64,000 bases of DNA from Oscillospiraceae bacterium (GTDB lineage: Bacteria; Bacillota; Clostridia; Oscillospirales; Oscillospiraceae). The DNA lies in contig DBFWVW010000091.1 in assembly GCA_048217285.1 (NCBI GenBank), positions 2,834-66,833 on the forward strand. Direction: 5' to 3'. The notes under the pieces were generated by a model. The model was not told the origin of the DNA and did no database searches. It worked only from the letters and a program-made list of their open reading frames with translations. Below are positions 1-8,430 of the stretch, piece by piece; positions within the stretch are counted from its first letter, which is position 1, and every line of letters starts with the position of its first letter. The translations under genes and the position numbers were made by a program.

Positions 1-92
1 CGGATGCCGTCGCCATCGCGCTCTGCCATGCGCGCAGTGCCACATCTTTGATCCATCAACAGGAGAAATTTGACCCATGTTCTACCACATAA
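1..92 (+). CDS. ruvC: Crossover junction endodeoxyribonuclease RuvC, 3' end only (5' part lies outside the window)
   Basis: The open frame from position 3 reads [29 protein letters not shown] (stop at 90-92). DAxAIAxCHA is the typical RuvC C-terminal motif. It overlaps the ruvA start, as in ruvCAB operons. Confidence 0.6.
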   Translation, partial: DAVAIALCHARSATSLIHQQEKFDPCSTT

Positions 93-688
93 ACGGAGTC
101 GTTACGGATATTGAGCCGAATCTGGCTGTGCTGGAGTGCGGCGGCGTCGGCTATGCGCTCAACGTCAGCCTGAACACGATCAGTGGCGTCAAGACGGGCG
201 AGCGCGCCAAGCTCTACACATACGAGATCATCCGCGAAGATGCACATGATCTTTACGGTTTTGCCAGCAAGAGCGAGAAGCACTGCTTTGAGCTGCTGCT
301 CGGTATTTCCGGTGTCGGGCCGAAGGCGGCGCTGTCGATCCTTTCGTCCAACACGCCGGACGGTTTGGCGCTGGCGGTGCTCAATGGCGATGAAAAGGCG
401 CTCACGAGTGCGCCTGGCATCGGCAAGCGCATTGCGCAGCGCATTTTGCTCGAACTTAAGGATAAAATGGCCAAGGAGAGCGCGAGCGTGGATTTCGCGG
501 ATCTGACACCGGCGGTGCCTGCGTCGGATGCGGCTTCTGCCGCGCGCGGTGATGCGATTGCCGGCCTGACCGTACTTGGCTACAGTATGCCGGAGATCAA
601 TACGGCACTACGCAAGCTGTCGTCTATCGAGGGCATGAGCGCCGATCAGATCATCAAGGCCGCGCTGCGCGCCATGATGCAGCAGTAA
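77..688 (+). CDS. ruvA: Holliday junction DNA helicase subunit RuvA
   Basis: 203-aa ORF with helix-hairpin-helix motifs ([32 protein letters not shown]). It sits directly upstream of ruvB. Confidence 0.93.
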   Translation: MFYHINGVVTDIEPNLAVLECGGVGYALNVSLNTISGVKTGERAKLYTYEIIREDAHDLYGFASKSEKHCFELLLGISGVGPKAALSILSSNTPDGLALAVLNGDEKALTSAPGIGKRIAQRILLELKDKMAKESASVDFADLTPAVPASDAASAARGDAIAGLTVLGYSMPEINTALRKLSSIEGMSADQIIKAALRAMMQQ

Positions 689-704
689 GCAGGGGGGAGC
701 GCAT

Positions 705-1745
705 ATGAGCATCAGTTTTTCCGAGGACGCCCAGCAGGAGGTCGTCACATCTTCCCGCGTACTGCCGGAAGATTCCGGCGAGGGTTCTCTGCGCCCGCGG
801 CTGCTGAAGGATTATACCGGTCAGGAAAAAGCGAAAGAGAATCTGCAGGTCTGTATCGACGCGGCGCGTCTGCGCGGCGAGCCGCTCGATCACGTGCTGC
901 TCTACGGACCGCCGGGTCTTGGCAAGACGACGATGGCTGCCGTCATCGCAAATGAGATGGGCGTGAATATGCGCATCACCTCCGGCCCGGCGATCGAAAA
1001 GGCCGGCGATCTGGCGGCTTTGCTGACCAACCTCCAGGAAAATGACATTCTGTTTGTGGACGAGATCCATCGGCTCAATCGCGCGGTGGAGGAGATCCTT
1101 TACCCGGCCATGGAGGACTATGCAATCGACATCATTATTGGCAAGGGCCCGTCGGCCAATTCGATTCGGCTGGATCTGCCGCACTTCACGCTCATCGGAG
1201 CGACCACACGCGCCGGGCAGCTGACTGCGCCGCTGCGCGACCGCTTTGGTGTCAATCTGCGTTTGGAACTCTACAGTCCGGAGGAACTGCAGAAGATCGT
1301 GGAGCGCAGCGCCGGAATACTCAATGTGGAGATCAACAGCGCCGGCGCATATGAGATCGCCTCGCGTTCGCGCGGAACGCCGCGTATTGCCAACCGTTTG
1401 CTCAAGCGTGTGCGCGACTATGCGCAGGTGCGCGCTGACGGCATCATCACGAAAGAAGTTGCCAATGCCGCATTGCTGCGCCTCGAAGTGGACGAGATGG
1501 GCCTAGATGCGACAGACCGGCGGATGCTGCGCAGCATCATCGAGTTTTATCACGGTGGGCCGGTCGGCCTCGAAACGCTCGCGGCTACGATCGGGGAGGA
1601 GGCCGTGACGCTCGAGGACGTCTACGAGCCATATCTGCTGCAGCAGGGATTCCTGACGCGCACACCCCGCGGCCGCTGCGTCACACGCCGCGCCTATGAG
1701 CACCTTGGGTTGGAATATATCGGCCAACAGGAGATCGATCTTTGA
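705..1745 (+). CDS. ruvB: Holliday junction DNA helicase RuvB
   Basis: 346 aa. AAA+ Walker [10 protein letters not shown], Walker B FVDEIHRL, sensor [22 protein letters not shown] upstream. Confidence 0.96.
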   Translation: MSISFSEDAQQEVVTSSRVLPEDSGEGSLRPRLLKDYTGQEKAKENLQVCIDAARLRGEPLDHVLLYGPPGLGKTTMAAVIANEMGVNMRITSGPAIEKAGDLAALLTNLQENDILFVDEIHRLNRAVEEILYPAMEDYAIDIIIGKGPSANSIRLDLPHFTLIGATTRAGQLTAPLRDRFGVNLRLELYSPEELQKIVERSAGILNVEINSAGAYEIASRSRGTPRIANRLLKRVRDYAQVRADGIITKEVANAALLRLEVDEMGLDATDRRMLRSIIEFYHGGPVGLETLAATIGEEAVTLEDVYEPYLLQQGFLTRTPRGRCVTRRAYEHLGLEYIGQQEIDL

Positions 1746-1791
1746 AAAATCGCTGAATGTCGCCAAAACGTGCATTTTGTACAAAAATGTA

Positions 1792-1819
1792 TTGACTTTT
1801 CAAGGATTTTAGTTATAAT
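1792..1819 (+). promoter_or_regulatory. Sigma-A-type promoter for the SigH-family sigma factor gene
   Basis: TTGACT (1792-1797), 16-nt spacer, TATAAT (1814-1819), about 30 nt upstream of the ATG at 1852. Confidence 0.55.
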
Positions 1820-1851
1820 TTGTTTTGCGTGGTATTGGAGTTTGAAAGCCT

Positions 1852-2472
1852 ATGATGGATGATTCCCAATTGTCCGATGCAGAGCTGCTGGCGCTGGTGA
1901 GTTCCGGAGACGCTGCTGCGGAGGAAGCGCTCGCCGAGCGCTACAGCCGCATAGTGCGTGTCTGCGCGCGTCCGCTGTTTCTCGCCGGTGGCGACAGTGA
2001 GGACCTCATTCAGGAGGGAATGCTTGGTCTGCTCTCGGCGATCCGGCAGTATGATCCGGCGTCCAACGTGCCTTTCAAAGCTTATGCGGAGGTTTGTATC
2101 AGCAACCGCATTTACAGCGCTATCAAGTCTGCTTCCAGGCAGAAGCATTCTCCGCTTAACAGCGGCATTTCCCTAGACAGCATCCTCTCAGAAGAATCAC
2201 AGACCCAGGCGTCCACCTATCCGGAAGCAAATTGTCGTGTTACTGAGGAGCAGGTTCTGGCCAGAGAGAGTGAACAAGAGCTATTGTCCGTATTTACCCG
2301 GTATTTGTCAGCGTTTGAAGCGCGGGTGCTTCGGCTGTATTTGTCTGGACTGTCCTATGCTGAGATGGCGGCCGAGACAAACAAACCCGAAAAATCCATT
2401 GACAATGCCGTGCAGCGGATCCGCCGCAAACTGGCGCGGCTCCCCAATTTCAGCGACTTCAGCAAGAGCTGA
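1852..2472 (+). CDS. Sigma-70 family RNA polymerase sigma factor, SigH-like
   Basis: 206 aa. Region 2 is DLIQEGMLGLLSAIRQYD. FKAYAEVCISNRIYSAIKSASRQKHSPLNS closely resembles the B. subtilis SigH signature (FKAFAELCITRQ..TATRQKHIPLNS). Region 4 HTH is SYAEMAAETNKPEKSIDNAVQRIRRKL. Confidence 0.85.
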   Translation: MMDDSQLSDAELLALVSSGDAAAEEALAERYSRIVRVCARPLFLAGGDSEDLIQEGMLGLLSAIRQYDPASNVPFKAYAEVCISNRIYSAIKSASRQKHSPLNSGISLDSILSEESQTQASTYPEANCRVTEEQVLARESEQELLSVFTRYLSAFEARVLRLYLSGLSYAEMAAETNKPEKSIDNAVQRIRRKLARLPNFSDFSKS

Positions 2473-2518
2473 GCGCAATATAGCCGATAGGCAAGTTTTT
2501 CAAAAGAGAGGATTTATC

Positions 2519-2797
2519 ATGTTCGAAGACAAAACGTTGAAGTGCAAAGAGTGCGGTGCAGAGTTCGTTTTCACTGCCGGTGAGCAGGAGTTCTATGCGG
2601 AAAAGGGTTTCCAGAATGAGCCCCAGCGCTGCAAGGCCTGCCGCGACGCGCGCAAGAACGCCGCTCGTGGTCCCCGCGAGTTCTTCACTGCTACCTGCGC
2701 TGCCTGCGGCGGCGAGGCCAGAGTTCCGTTTGAGCCGAAGTCTGACCGTCCTGTCTACTGCAGCGAGTGCTTCGCGAAGATGAGAGAGCAGCACTAA
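2519..2797 (+). CDS. Small zinc-ribbon protein (CxxC-x17-CxxC type, duplicated)
   Basis: 92 aa starting at MFEDKTLKCKECG, the internal ATG of the 2237..2797 ORF. Cys pairs are CKEC/CKAC and CAAC/CSEC. AGAGAGGA RBS upstream. Confidence 0.75.
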   Translation: MFEDKTLKCKECGAEFVFTAGEQEFYAEKGFQNEPQRCKACRDARKNAARGPREFFTATCAACGGEARVPFEPKSDRPVYCSECFAKMREQH

Positions 2798-2817
2798 TCA
2801 GCAGATAAACTGGTTAA

Positions 2818-2855
2818 AATGATTGGGGCGCTTTGTGCGACCCAATCATTTTCTC
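2818..2855 (+). terminator. Rho-independent terminator
   Basis: Stem AATGATTGGG / CCCAATCATT followed by TTTCTC, just after the zinc-ribbon gene stop. Confidence 0.65.
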
Positions 2856-2883
2856 ACAAGCAGAATACCGGAGGTAAAAAATT

Positions 2884-3087
2884 ATGTTTGAAATTTCCAG
2901 AGATACGATGATTTCGGAGATCCTGACCAACGCGCCGGAAGCCATGCCCGTGTTCCAGAACATTGGTATGCATTGCCTTGGCTGCGCCATGGCCAGCGGC
3001 GAAACGCTGGAGCAGGCCTGCCTCGCGCACGACGTCGATCCGGATGCGTTTCTTGAGCAGCTGAGCACTTATTTGGAGAGCCTGTAA
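2884..3087 (+). CDS. DUF1858-like small protein (hybrid-cluster-protein-associated redox disulfide type)
   Basis: 67 aa. The central motif GMHCLGCAMASGETLEQAC is typical of DUF1858 proteins. Confidence 0.7.
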   Translation: MFEISRDTMISEILTNAPEAMPVFQNIGMHCLGCAMASGETLEQACLAHDVDPDAFLEQLSTYLESL

Positions 3088-3104
3088 GGATAGAGACTAG
3101 GTTC

Positions 3105-3138
3105 AAAAGCCGGCGGTATGCCGGCTTTTGGCGTTTTT
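3105..3138 (+). terminator. Rho-independent terminator
   Basis: AAAAGCCGGC ggtat GCCGGCTTTT followed by GGCGTTTTT. Confidence 0.75.
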
Positions 3139-3150
3139 GGGGAGAGATTT

Positions 3151-3846
3151 ATGGACCACATACGTCTGTCGCCGCGGCTGCAAATGGTCGCGGACTTTGT
3201 GCAGCCGTGTGCCTGTGCTGCGGATATTGGCACCGATCATGGGTATTTGCCGGTCTGGCTGCTGCAAAACGGCGTCATTCAATCAGCAATTGCAGCCGAC
3301 ATTCATGCCGGCCCGCTCGGCAATGCGCGGCAGTCCGCTGCCGCCTACGATTTGGAGGAGTGCTTTCGGTTCGTGCAGGCCGACGGTTTGCAATTTCCGG
3401 ATGCGCAAGTAGTGGATGTCATCACAATAGCCGGTATGGGTGGGGAGACGATCTGCGCAATCTTGGCGGCGGCGCCATGGCTGCGGCAGGGAAAGCAGCT
3501 TGTTTTGCAGCCGCAGAGCAAAGTCCCGGAACTGGCAGACTGGCTCTGGCACAATGGCTTTACGATCGAGGATGCAGCCCTGTGCCGCGATGCCGGAAAG
3601 CGGTATCTTGCCATGCGTGTACTCGGGCAAGTGGCCGCACAGTCATACACGGTGGAACAGCTGCTGCTTCGACGCCGCGACCCGCTGCTGCCGGAGTACT
3701 TGATGGAAGAGATCAGACGGCAAATGCGTGCACGTGCCGGCATGGCGCATGCAAAGCAGACGCCGGCGGCAGAACTGGCAATGATCGATGGGCGGCTCTC
3801 GCAGCTGCAAGCCTGCCTAAAGGAGGTACAGACATGGCAATCGTAA
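3151..3846 (+). CDS. trmK: tRNA (adenine(22)-N(1))-methyltransferase TrmK
   Basis: DIGTDHGYLPVWLLQNG SAM-binding motif and IAGMGGETI. The start is set at ATG 3151 (GGGGAGAG RBS) because the upstream ATG 3118 lies inside the terminator hairpin. Confidence 0.85.
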   Translation: MDHIRLSPRLQMVADFVQPCACAADIGTDHGYLPVWLLQNGVIQSAIAADIHAGPLGNARQSAAAYDLEECFRFVQADGLQFPDAQVVDVITIAGMGGETICAILAAAPWLRQGKQLVLQPQSKVPELADWLWHNGFTIEDAALCRDAGKRYLAMRVLGQVAAQSYTVEQLLLRRRDPLLPEYLMEEIRRQMRARAGMAHAKQTPAAELAMIDGRLSQLQACLKEVQTWQS

Positions 3847-4634
3847 ATAACATCTATGCTTTCTTAAATGAAGTCGCACCGGTGCGGTACCAGATGGACT
3901 TTGATAACGCCGGTTTTTTGGCCGGTGACGGTGGTACTGCGGTGAAGAAAGCTCTGCTGGCGCTGGACATCACGGATGACGTGATCGCAGAGGCGGTCGA
4001 ACTGCACGCGCAGCTCATTGTTTCTCACCACCCGCTTATCTTTACGCCGCTGCGGCACGCGACAATAGATGATCCGGCAGGACGCAAAGTGCTGACGCTG
4101 GCGCGGTACGGCATTTCCGCTATCTGCATGCACACAAATCTGGACATTGCAGATGGCGGCGTCAATGACGCGCTCATGGCGGCGCTGGGTGCGGAGGTCA
4201 CAGGCGGTCTGGAGCCGGCTGGCACGGCGGCCGATGGGAGTAGATTGACCTGCGGCCGCACAGGAAAGCTGCCGAAGCCGGTGACCATGGCGGAATTTCT
4301 GCCTTATGTTGCCGGGCGCTTGCACGCCAACGGCCTGCGGTATGTGGACTGCGGGCTGCCGGTAGAAAGGATCGCGGTCTGCGGTGGCTCCGGCGGGAAT
4401 ATGCTGGAGCTGGCGGCTGCAAAAGGCTGCGATACATTTGTGACGGCAGACGTGAAGTACGACCGTTTCCTTGCGGCAAAGGAACTCGGTGTCAATCTGA
4501 TCGATGCCGACCATTTCTGCACGGAAAATGTGGTCATTCCGGTCCTGCAGGCGAAGCTTCAGCGGCGGTTTCCGAACGTTACGTTTACCATCAGTCAGGT
4601 GCATGATCAGACCGCACAGACTTATTGTCCATAA
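3834..4634 (+). CDS. Nif3-like dinuclear metal centre protein (GTP cyclohydrolase 1 type 2 homologue)
   Basis: MAIVNNIYAFLNEVAP..., LIVSHHPLIF, CMHTNLD, DADHF. The trmK-nif3 gene pair is typical of Firmicutes. The start overlaps the trmK end. Confidence 0.88.
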   Translation: MAIVNNIYAFLNEVAPVRYQMDFDNAGFLAGDGGTAVKKALLALDITDDVIAEAVELHAQLIVSHHPLIFTPLRHATIDDPAGRKVLTLARYGISAICMHTNLDIADGGVNDALMAALGAEVTGGLEPAGTAADGSRLTCGRTGKLPKPVTMAEFLPYVAGRLHANGLRYVDCGLPVERIAVCGGSGGNMLELAAAKGCDTFVTADVKYDRFLAAKELGVNLIDADHFCTENVVIPVLQAKLQRRFPNVTFTISQVHDQTAQTYCP

Positions 4635-4660
4635 TGTATGCCGCCGGTGTTCTTCCGGCG

Positions 4661-4689
4661 GCATATTCTCGTCCCAGGGCTCATACAGT
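4661..4689 (+). promoter_or_regulatory. Sigma-E-type (mother-cell) promoter upstream of spoIVA
   Basis: GCATATT (4661-4667), 14-nt spacer, CATACAGT (4682-4689). This matches the B. subtilis sigma-E consensus (kmATAtt - 14 - CATACAnT). RBS GAGGAG is at 4705-4710 and the ATG at 4722. Confidence 0.6.
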
Positions 4690-4721
4690 TTTGGTAAGAC
4701 TGATGAGGAGAGGACGACAGA

Positions 4722-6200
4722 ATGGACAATTCTTCAATTTACGCAGACATTGCCGCCCGTACCGGCGGGAATATTTACATCGGCGTTGTCGGCCCGGTGC
4801 GCACCGGGAAATCGACTTTCATCAAACGATTCATGGAAACGCTCGTGCTGCCGAATATTCCCGATGATTACGTACGGGAGCGCGCACGCGACGAGCTGCC
4901 GCAAAGCGGCTCCGGCCGGACGATCATGACAGCAGAACCGAAGTTTGTCCCGGAGGATGCCGTTTCGATTGAGCTGGATACTTCTGTGCGCGCTTCTGTG
5001 CGGCTGATCGACAGTGTCGGATACATGATCCCCGGCGCAAATGGTCAGTACGAAAATGGGGAAGAACGTCTGGTCACGACGCCGTGGTACGATCATGAGG
5101 TTCCCATGCGCGTAGCAGCGGAAGAGGGGACCCGCAAAGTCATCCGCGAGCATTCGACGATCGGTATTGTCGTCACGACCGACGGCAGCGTGACGGAGCT
5201 CGCGCGGGAGGACTATGCTGCGGCGGAAGCGCGCATCGTTGCAGAATTGCAGGATATTGGAAAGCCGTTTCTCATCCTGCTCAACACGGCTGATCCGACG
5301 GGGGAAGCTGCACAAACATTGGCCGCTGAGCTGCGGGCACAGTACGATGCCGCCTGCCTGCCGGTCAACTGTCTGGAGCTGACGGAACAGGACGTTCTGG
5401 AGATCCTGCGCTCGGTCTTGTACGAATTCCGGGTCACGGAAGTCTGCTTCCGAATGCCGGAATGGATGGATGTACTGCCGCCAGATAACGAGACGAAGCA
5501 GCAGGTCTATACGCTGCTGCGTGAGCAGATGCCGTCGCTGCGCCGTCTGCGTGACGCGCGCCGCGCAGCACAAGCGCTTACAGAGAACGAGCTGCTGGAA
5601 ACGGCCAATGTGGAAAATGTCTCCGTGGACACTGGGGCTGTTTGCTATGTGCTCAAATTTCCGCGCACGCTGTACTACAGCATCATCAGTGAGCAGGCGG
5701 GCGTTGCACTGCGAAGTGACGGAGAGCTGATCTCGTTTTTGGCGGAAATGGGGCGTATTCAGGCCGACTATCAGCATATCCGCGGCGCATTGGAAGATGT
5801 ACGCAGCAAGGGCTATGGTGTTGTCATGCCGGCATCCGGCGACCTGCAGCTGGCAGAGCCGGAGATCGTCCGCAAGGGCGGGCGCTACGGCGTCCGACTC
5901 AAGGCCAGCGCCAAAGCGATTCATATGTTCCAGACCAATATCGAGACAGAAGTTTCGCCGGAGATTGGCGGAGAGAATGCCTCAAGCGAGATCCTTGGAT
6001 TCCTGCTGCAGGGGTTTGACGGCGATGTTGAGCAGCTTTGGCAGTCCAATATTTTCGGGAAGCCGATCTATGCGATCGCGCAGGAGGGAGTAGAGGAAAA
6101 ACTCAGCTGTTTGCCGACCAAAGCCGTCAGCAAGCTGCAGGAGACACTGCAGCGCGTCGTCAACGAGGGCAGCGGTACCCTGATCTGCATCATCCTGTGA
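4722..6200 (+). CDS. spoIVA: Stage IV sporulation protein A (spore coat morphogenetic ATPase)
   Basis: 492 aa. N-terminal IYIGVVGPVRTGKSTFIKRFME Walker A. Length and overall sequence are typical of SpoIVA. Confidence 0.95.
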   Translation: MDNSSIYADIAARTGGNIYIGVVGPVRTGKSTFIKRFMETLVLPNIPDDYVRERARDELPQSGSGRTIMTAEPKFVPEDAVSIELDTSVRASVRLIDSVGYMIPGANGQYENGEERLVTTPWYDHEVPMRVAAEEGTRKVIREHSTIGIVVTTDGSVTELAREDYAAAEARIVAELQDIGKPFLILLNTADPTGEAAQTLAAELRAQYDAACLPVNCLELTEQDVLEILRSVLYEFRVTEVCFRMPEWMDVLPPDNETKQQVYTLLREQMPSLRRLRDARRAAQALTENELLETANVENVSVDTGAVCYVLKFPRTLYYSIISEQAGVALRSDGELISFLAEMGRIQADYQHIRGALEDVRSKGYGVVMPASGDLQLAEPEIVRKGGRYGVRLKASAKAIHMFQTNIETEVSPEIGGENASSEILGFLLQGFDGDVEQLWQSNIFGKPIYAIAQEGVEEKLSCLPTKAVSKLQETLQRVVNEGSGTLICIIL

Positions 6201-6353
6201 GGAAAACGCTCTGGCATTGCCGGGGCGTTTTTTCTCAATCCGGCAAAAATGACGCGGATTCCGGCTGGCGTTTTGTGTAAGGTTTGCGTTGTTTTCTTCA
6301 CAATGTTGTGGTAAACTATGGGCAAGAATTCTAAAGAAAAACGAGGGATGTTT

Positions 6354-7550
6354 ATGAAGGCACTTTCCAAAATTGCTGCTGGTGTGAGCCCGTCCGCGAC
6401 GCTTGCGGTCAGCGCACTGGCCAAGAAGATGAAAGCAGAAGGCAAAGACGTTATCGGCTTCGGCGCCGGTGAGCCTGATTTTGCTACGCCAGACCGCATC
6501 AGCTACGCCGGCGTGCGTGCGATTTGCGACGGAAAGACACGCTACACCCCGGCAGCCGGTATGATTGAGCTGCGTCAGGCGATCTGTGACCGTGCCAAAG
6601 CGGACTACGGCTTGGAATACGAAGCGACGCAGGCGGTTGTCGCCAGCGGCGCCAAGCACATGGTCTACATTGCGCTGGCTGCACTGGTCGATCCGGGCGA
6701 CGAAGTGATCGTCCCGGCTCCGTACTGGGTTAGCTATTATGAGATGGTGCGTCTGTTCGGCGGCGTGCCCGTTGTTGTCAACGTCAGCGAAGAGCAGGGC
6801 TTCCAGCTCACACCGGAGCAGCTCGAGCAGGCCATCACCGACAAAACGAAGGCCATTATTCTCAACAACCCATCCAACCCGACCGGCGCTGTCTATTCGA
6901 AAGAGGCGCTCAAAGCCGTTGCCGATGTCTGCGTTAAGCACGATCTGTATATTATCTCGGACGAAATCTATGATAAACTCGTTTACGATGGTGTACCATT
7001 TACCAGTGTCGCTACGCTCGGTGAAGAAATCAAGGCGCATACGATCCTCATTAACGGTGTCTCCAAGACCTATGCTATGACCGGCTGGCGCATCGGTTAT
7101 GCGCTGTCCCCGGCACTGGTGGCCAAGGCCATGACCAATTACCTCAGTCATTCGACCGGCGCACCGGGCACGATGTGCCAGTGTGCGGCCATCGAGGCGC
7201 TTGTCGGCCCGCAGGACGAGGCGGAGCAGATGCGCCAAGTCTTTGAGCAGCGCCGCGACCTGATCGTGCGTCGCATCAATGCTATGCCCGGCGTGAGCTG
7301 CCGGAAGCCAAGCGGGGCGTTCTACGTCTTTGTGAACCTGGACCAGATCCTCGGGAAGCAGATCGATGGGCAGGTCATCGGAAGCGGTGATGATTTTGCA
7401 AAGCTCCTGCTGGAAAAGAGCCTGGTTGCAGTCGTGCCGGGCAGCGGCTTCGGTGTGCCGAATTTTGTACGTCTGAGCTATGCGATCTCGACGGAAAACA
7501 TTGAGACAGGTATGGATCGTCTGGAGGCGTTCCTGAAACAGCTTCAGTAA
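6354..7550 (+). CDS. Pyridoxal-phosphate-dependent aminotransferase (aspartate aminotransferase class I)
   Basis: GFGAGEPDF, NNPSNPTGAVY, and SKTYAMTGWRIGY with the PLP lysine. The start is chosen at ATG 6354, 6 nt after GAGGG. The ORF is open from 6318. Confidence 0.88.
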   Translation: MKALSKIAAGVSPSATLAVSALAKKMKAEGKDVIGFGAGEPDFATPDRISYAGVRAICDGKTRYTPAAGMIELRQAICDRAKADYGLEYEATQAVVASGAKHMVYIALAALVDPGDEVIVPAPYWVSYYEMVRLFGGVPVVVNVSEEQGFQLTPEQLEQAITDKTKAIILNNPSNPTGAVYSKEALKAVADVCVKHDLYIISDEIYDKLVYDGVPFTSVATLGEEIKAHTILINGVSKTYAMTGWRIGYALSPALVAKAMTNYLSHSTGAPGTMCQCAAIEALVGPQDEAEQMRQVFEQRRDLIVRRINAMPGVSCRKPSGAFYVFVNLDQILGKQIDGQVIGSGDDFAKLLLEKSLVAVVPGSGFGVPNFVRLSYAISTENIETGMDRLEAFLKQLQ

Positions 7551-7695
7551 GCTCTGATATTCATGAGGCGCGTGGGCCGACCGCGCGTCTCTTTTTTTAC
7601 GCATCGGTTGACGCGCCGGGCACAACATGGTATCCTGAAAATATGTCATAAGCGCTTGTCTCTGCTGCATACCATAGCAGGAGGGGGGGAGTGCC

Positions 7696-8430
7696 GTGAC
7701 AAAGTTACTCTATCAACGGATCCTGGTCGTGCTGCTGGCGTTGATCGTGGTGTTTGGCGGCTGGTTTGCTGCCGACTGGCAGCTCCGGCGTGCAGAGGCG
7801 ACCGCAAACTGGATCGATCAAAAGCAAGTCCTGATCCTTGACGCCGGTCACGGTGGGGAGGACGGCGGGGCAGTGGCACCAAACGGAACCATTGAAGCAG
7901 ATGTGAATCTGCAGATTGCGCTGCGTGCCCGTGCCATCGCGGAACTGACCGGTATCGAAGTTATCATGACGCGTGACAGCCCGGATCTTGCATACCCGGA
8001 CGATGCCACCACGATCGCCGAGCGAAAGAAGGCCGATCAGCACCAGCGCGCGGAGCTGATTCGCAAAACGGACAACGCTGTGCTCATCAGCATCCACCAG
8101 AACTGCTATCCGGACCGGAAACCATCCGGTGCGCAGGTATTGTATGCAGCGAGCGACGGTAGCGATACGCTTGGTACGCAGATACATGATAATCTCGTTG
8201 CGTACCTTGATCCGCAAAACCGGCGCGTTGCAGCGCCGATCTCGGAGAAAATCTACCTGATGCGCGATGTAAAATGCCCTGCGGTGCTGGTTGAGTGCGG
8301 CTTTTTGTCCAACGAAACCGAGTGCGCAAAGCTCAAGGACAGCGGCTATCAAACGAAATTGGCAGCCGTCATCATTGCGTCCTATTTACAATACCGGCAG
8401 TCACTGCCGCAAACAGGAATGGTTACATGA
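7696..8430 (+). CDS. cwlD: N-acetylmuramoyl-L-alanine amidase, CwlD-like (spore cortex muramic-lactam formation)
   Basis: GTG start after AGGAGGGGGGGA. N-terminal TM segment. Amidase_3 motifs LDAGHGGEDGGA, SIHQN, VLVECGFLSN. Confidence 0.82.
   Translation: MTKLLYQRILVVLLALIVVFGGWFAADWQLRRAEATANWIDQKQVLILDAGHGGEDGGAVAPNGTIEADVNLQIALRARAIAELTGIEVIMTRDSPDLAYPDDATTIAERKKADQHQRAELIRKTDNAVLISIHQNCYPDRKPSGAQVLYAASDGSDTLGTQIHDNLVAYLDPQNRRVAAPISEKIYLMRDVKCPAVLVECGFLSNETECAKLKDSGYQTKLAAVIIASYLQYRQSLPQTGMVT

Noticed and set aside
3207-4634. 475-aa ORF spanning trmK and nif3, plus similar N-terminal extensions of rnj (to 23788), spoIIIAA (to 47928), tlyA (to 33955), xseA (to 38202), mreB (to 54319), tyrS (to 29568) and spoIIIAE (to 45673).
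   Set aside because: The extensions are out-of-frame read-through of the upstream genes or Arg/Pro-rich junk. In each case conserved family N-termini with good RBSs occur at internal ATGs, so the starts were moved there.
5982-7670. Very long antisense ORFs opposite well-identified genes. Examples are 5982..7670 (-, 562 aa), 4734..5924 (-), 13840..14769 (-), 15017..15952 (-), 19371..20531 (-), 26890..28098 (+), 37039..37947 (+), 39052..39942 (+), 44483..45472 (+), 57426..58985 (+) and 61878..62786 (+).
   Set aside because: These are typical shadow ORFs of a high-GC genome. Their translations are Arg/Ala/Gly/His-rich and low in complexity, with no recognisable motifs and no RBS. Each lies opposite a gene with unambiguous family signatures.
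7646-7675. Sigma-E-like motif TCATAAG-N15-CATACCAT upstream of cwlD.
   Set aside because: The predicted transcription start would fall inside the AGGAGG RBS (7679-7684), leaving almost no leader. A sigma-A-like TTGACG-N17-TGgTATCCT (7608-7636) is an equally plausible promoter. The two cannot be resolved from sequence alone.
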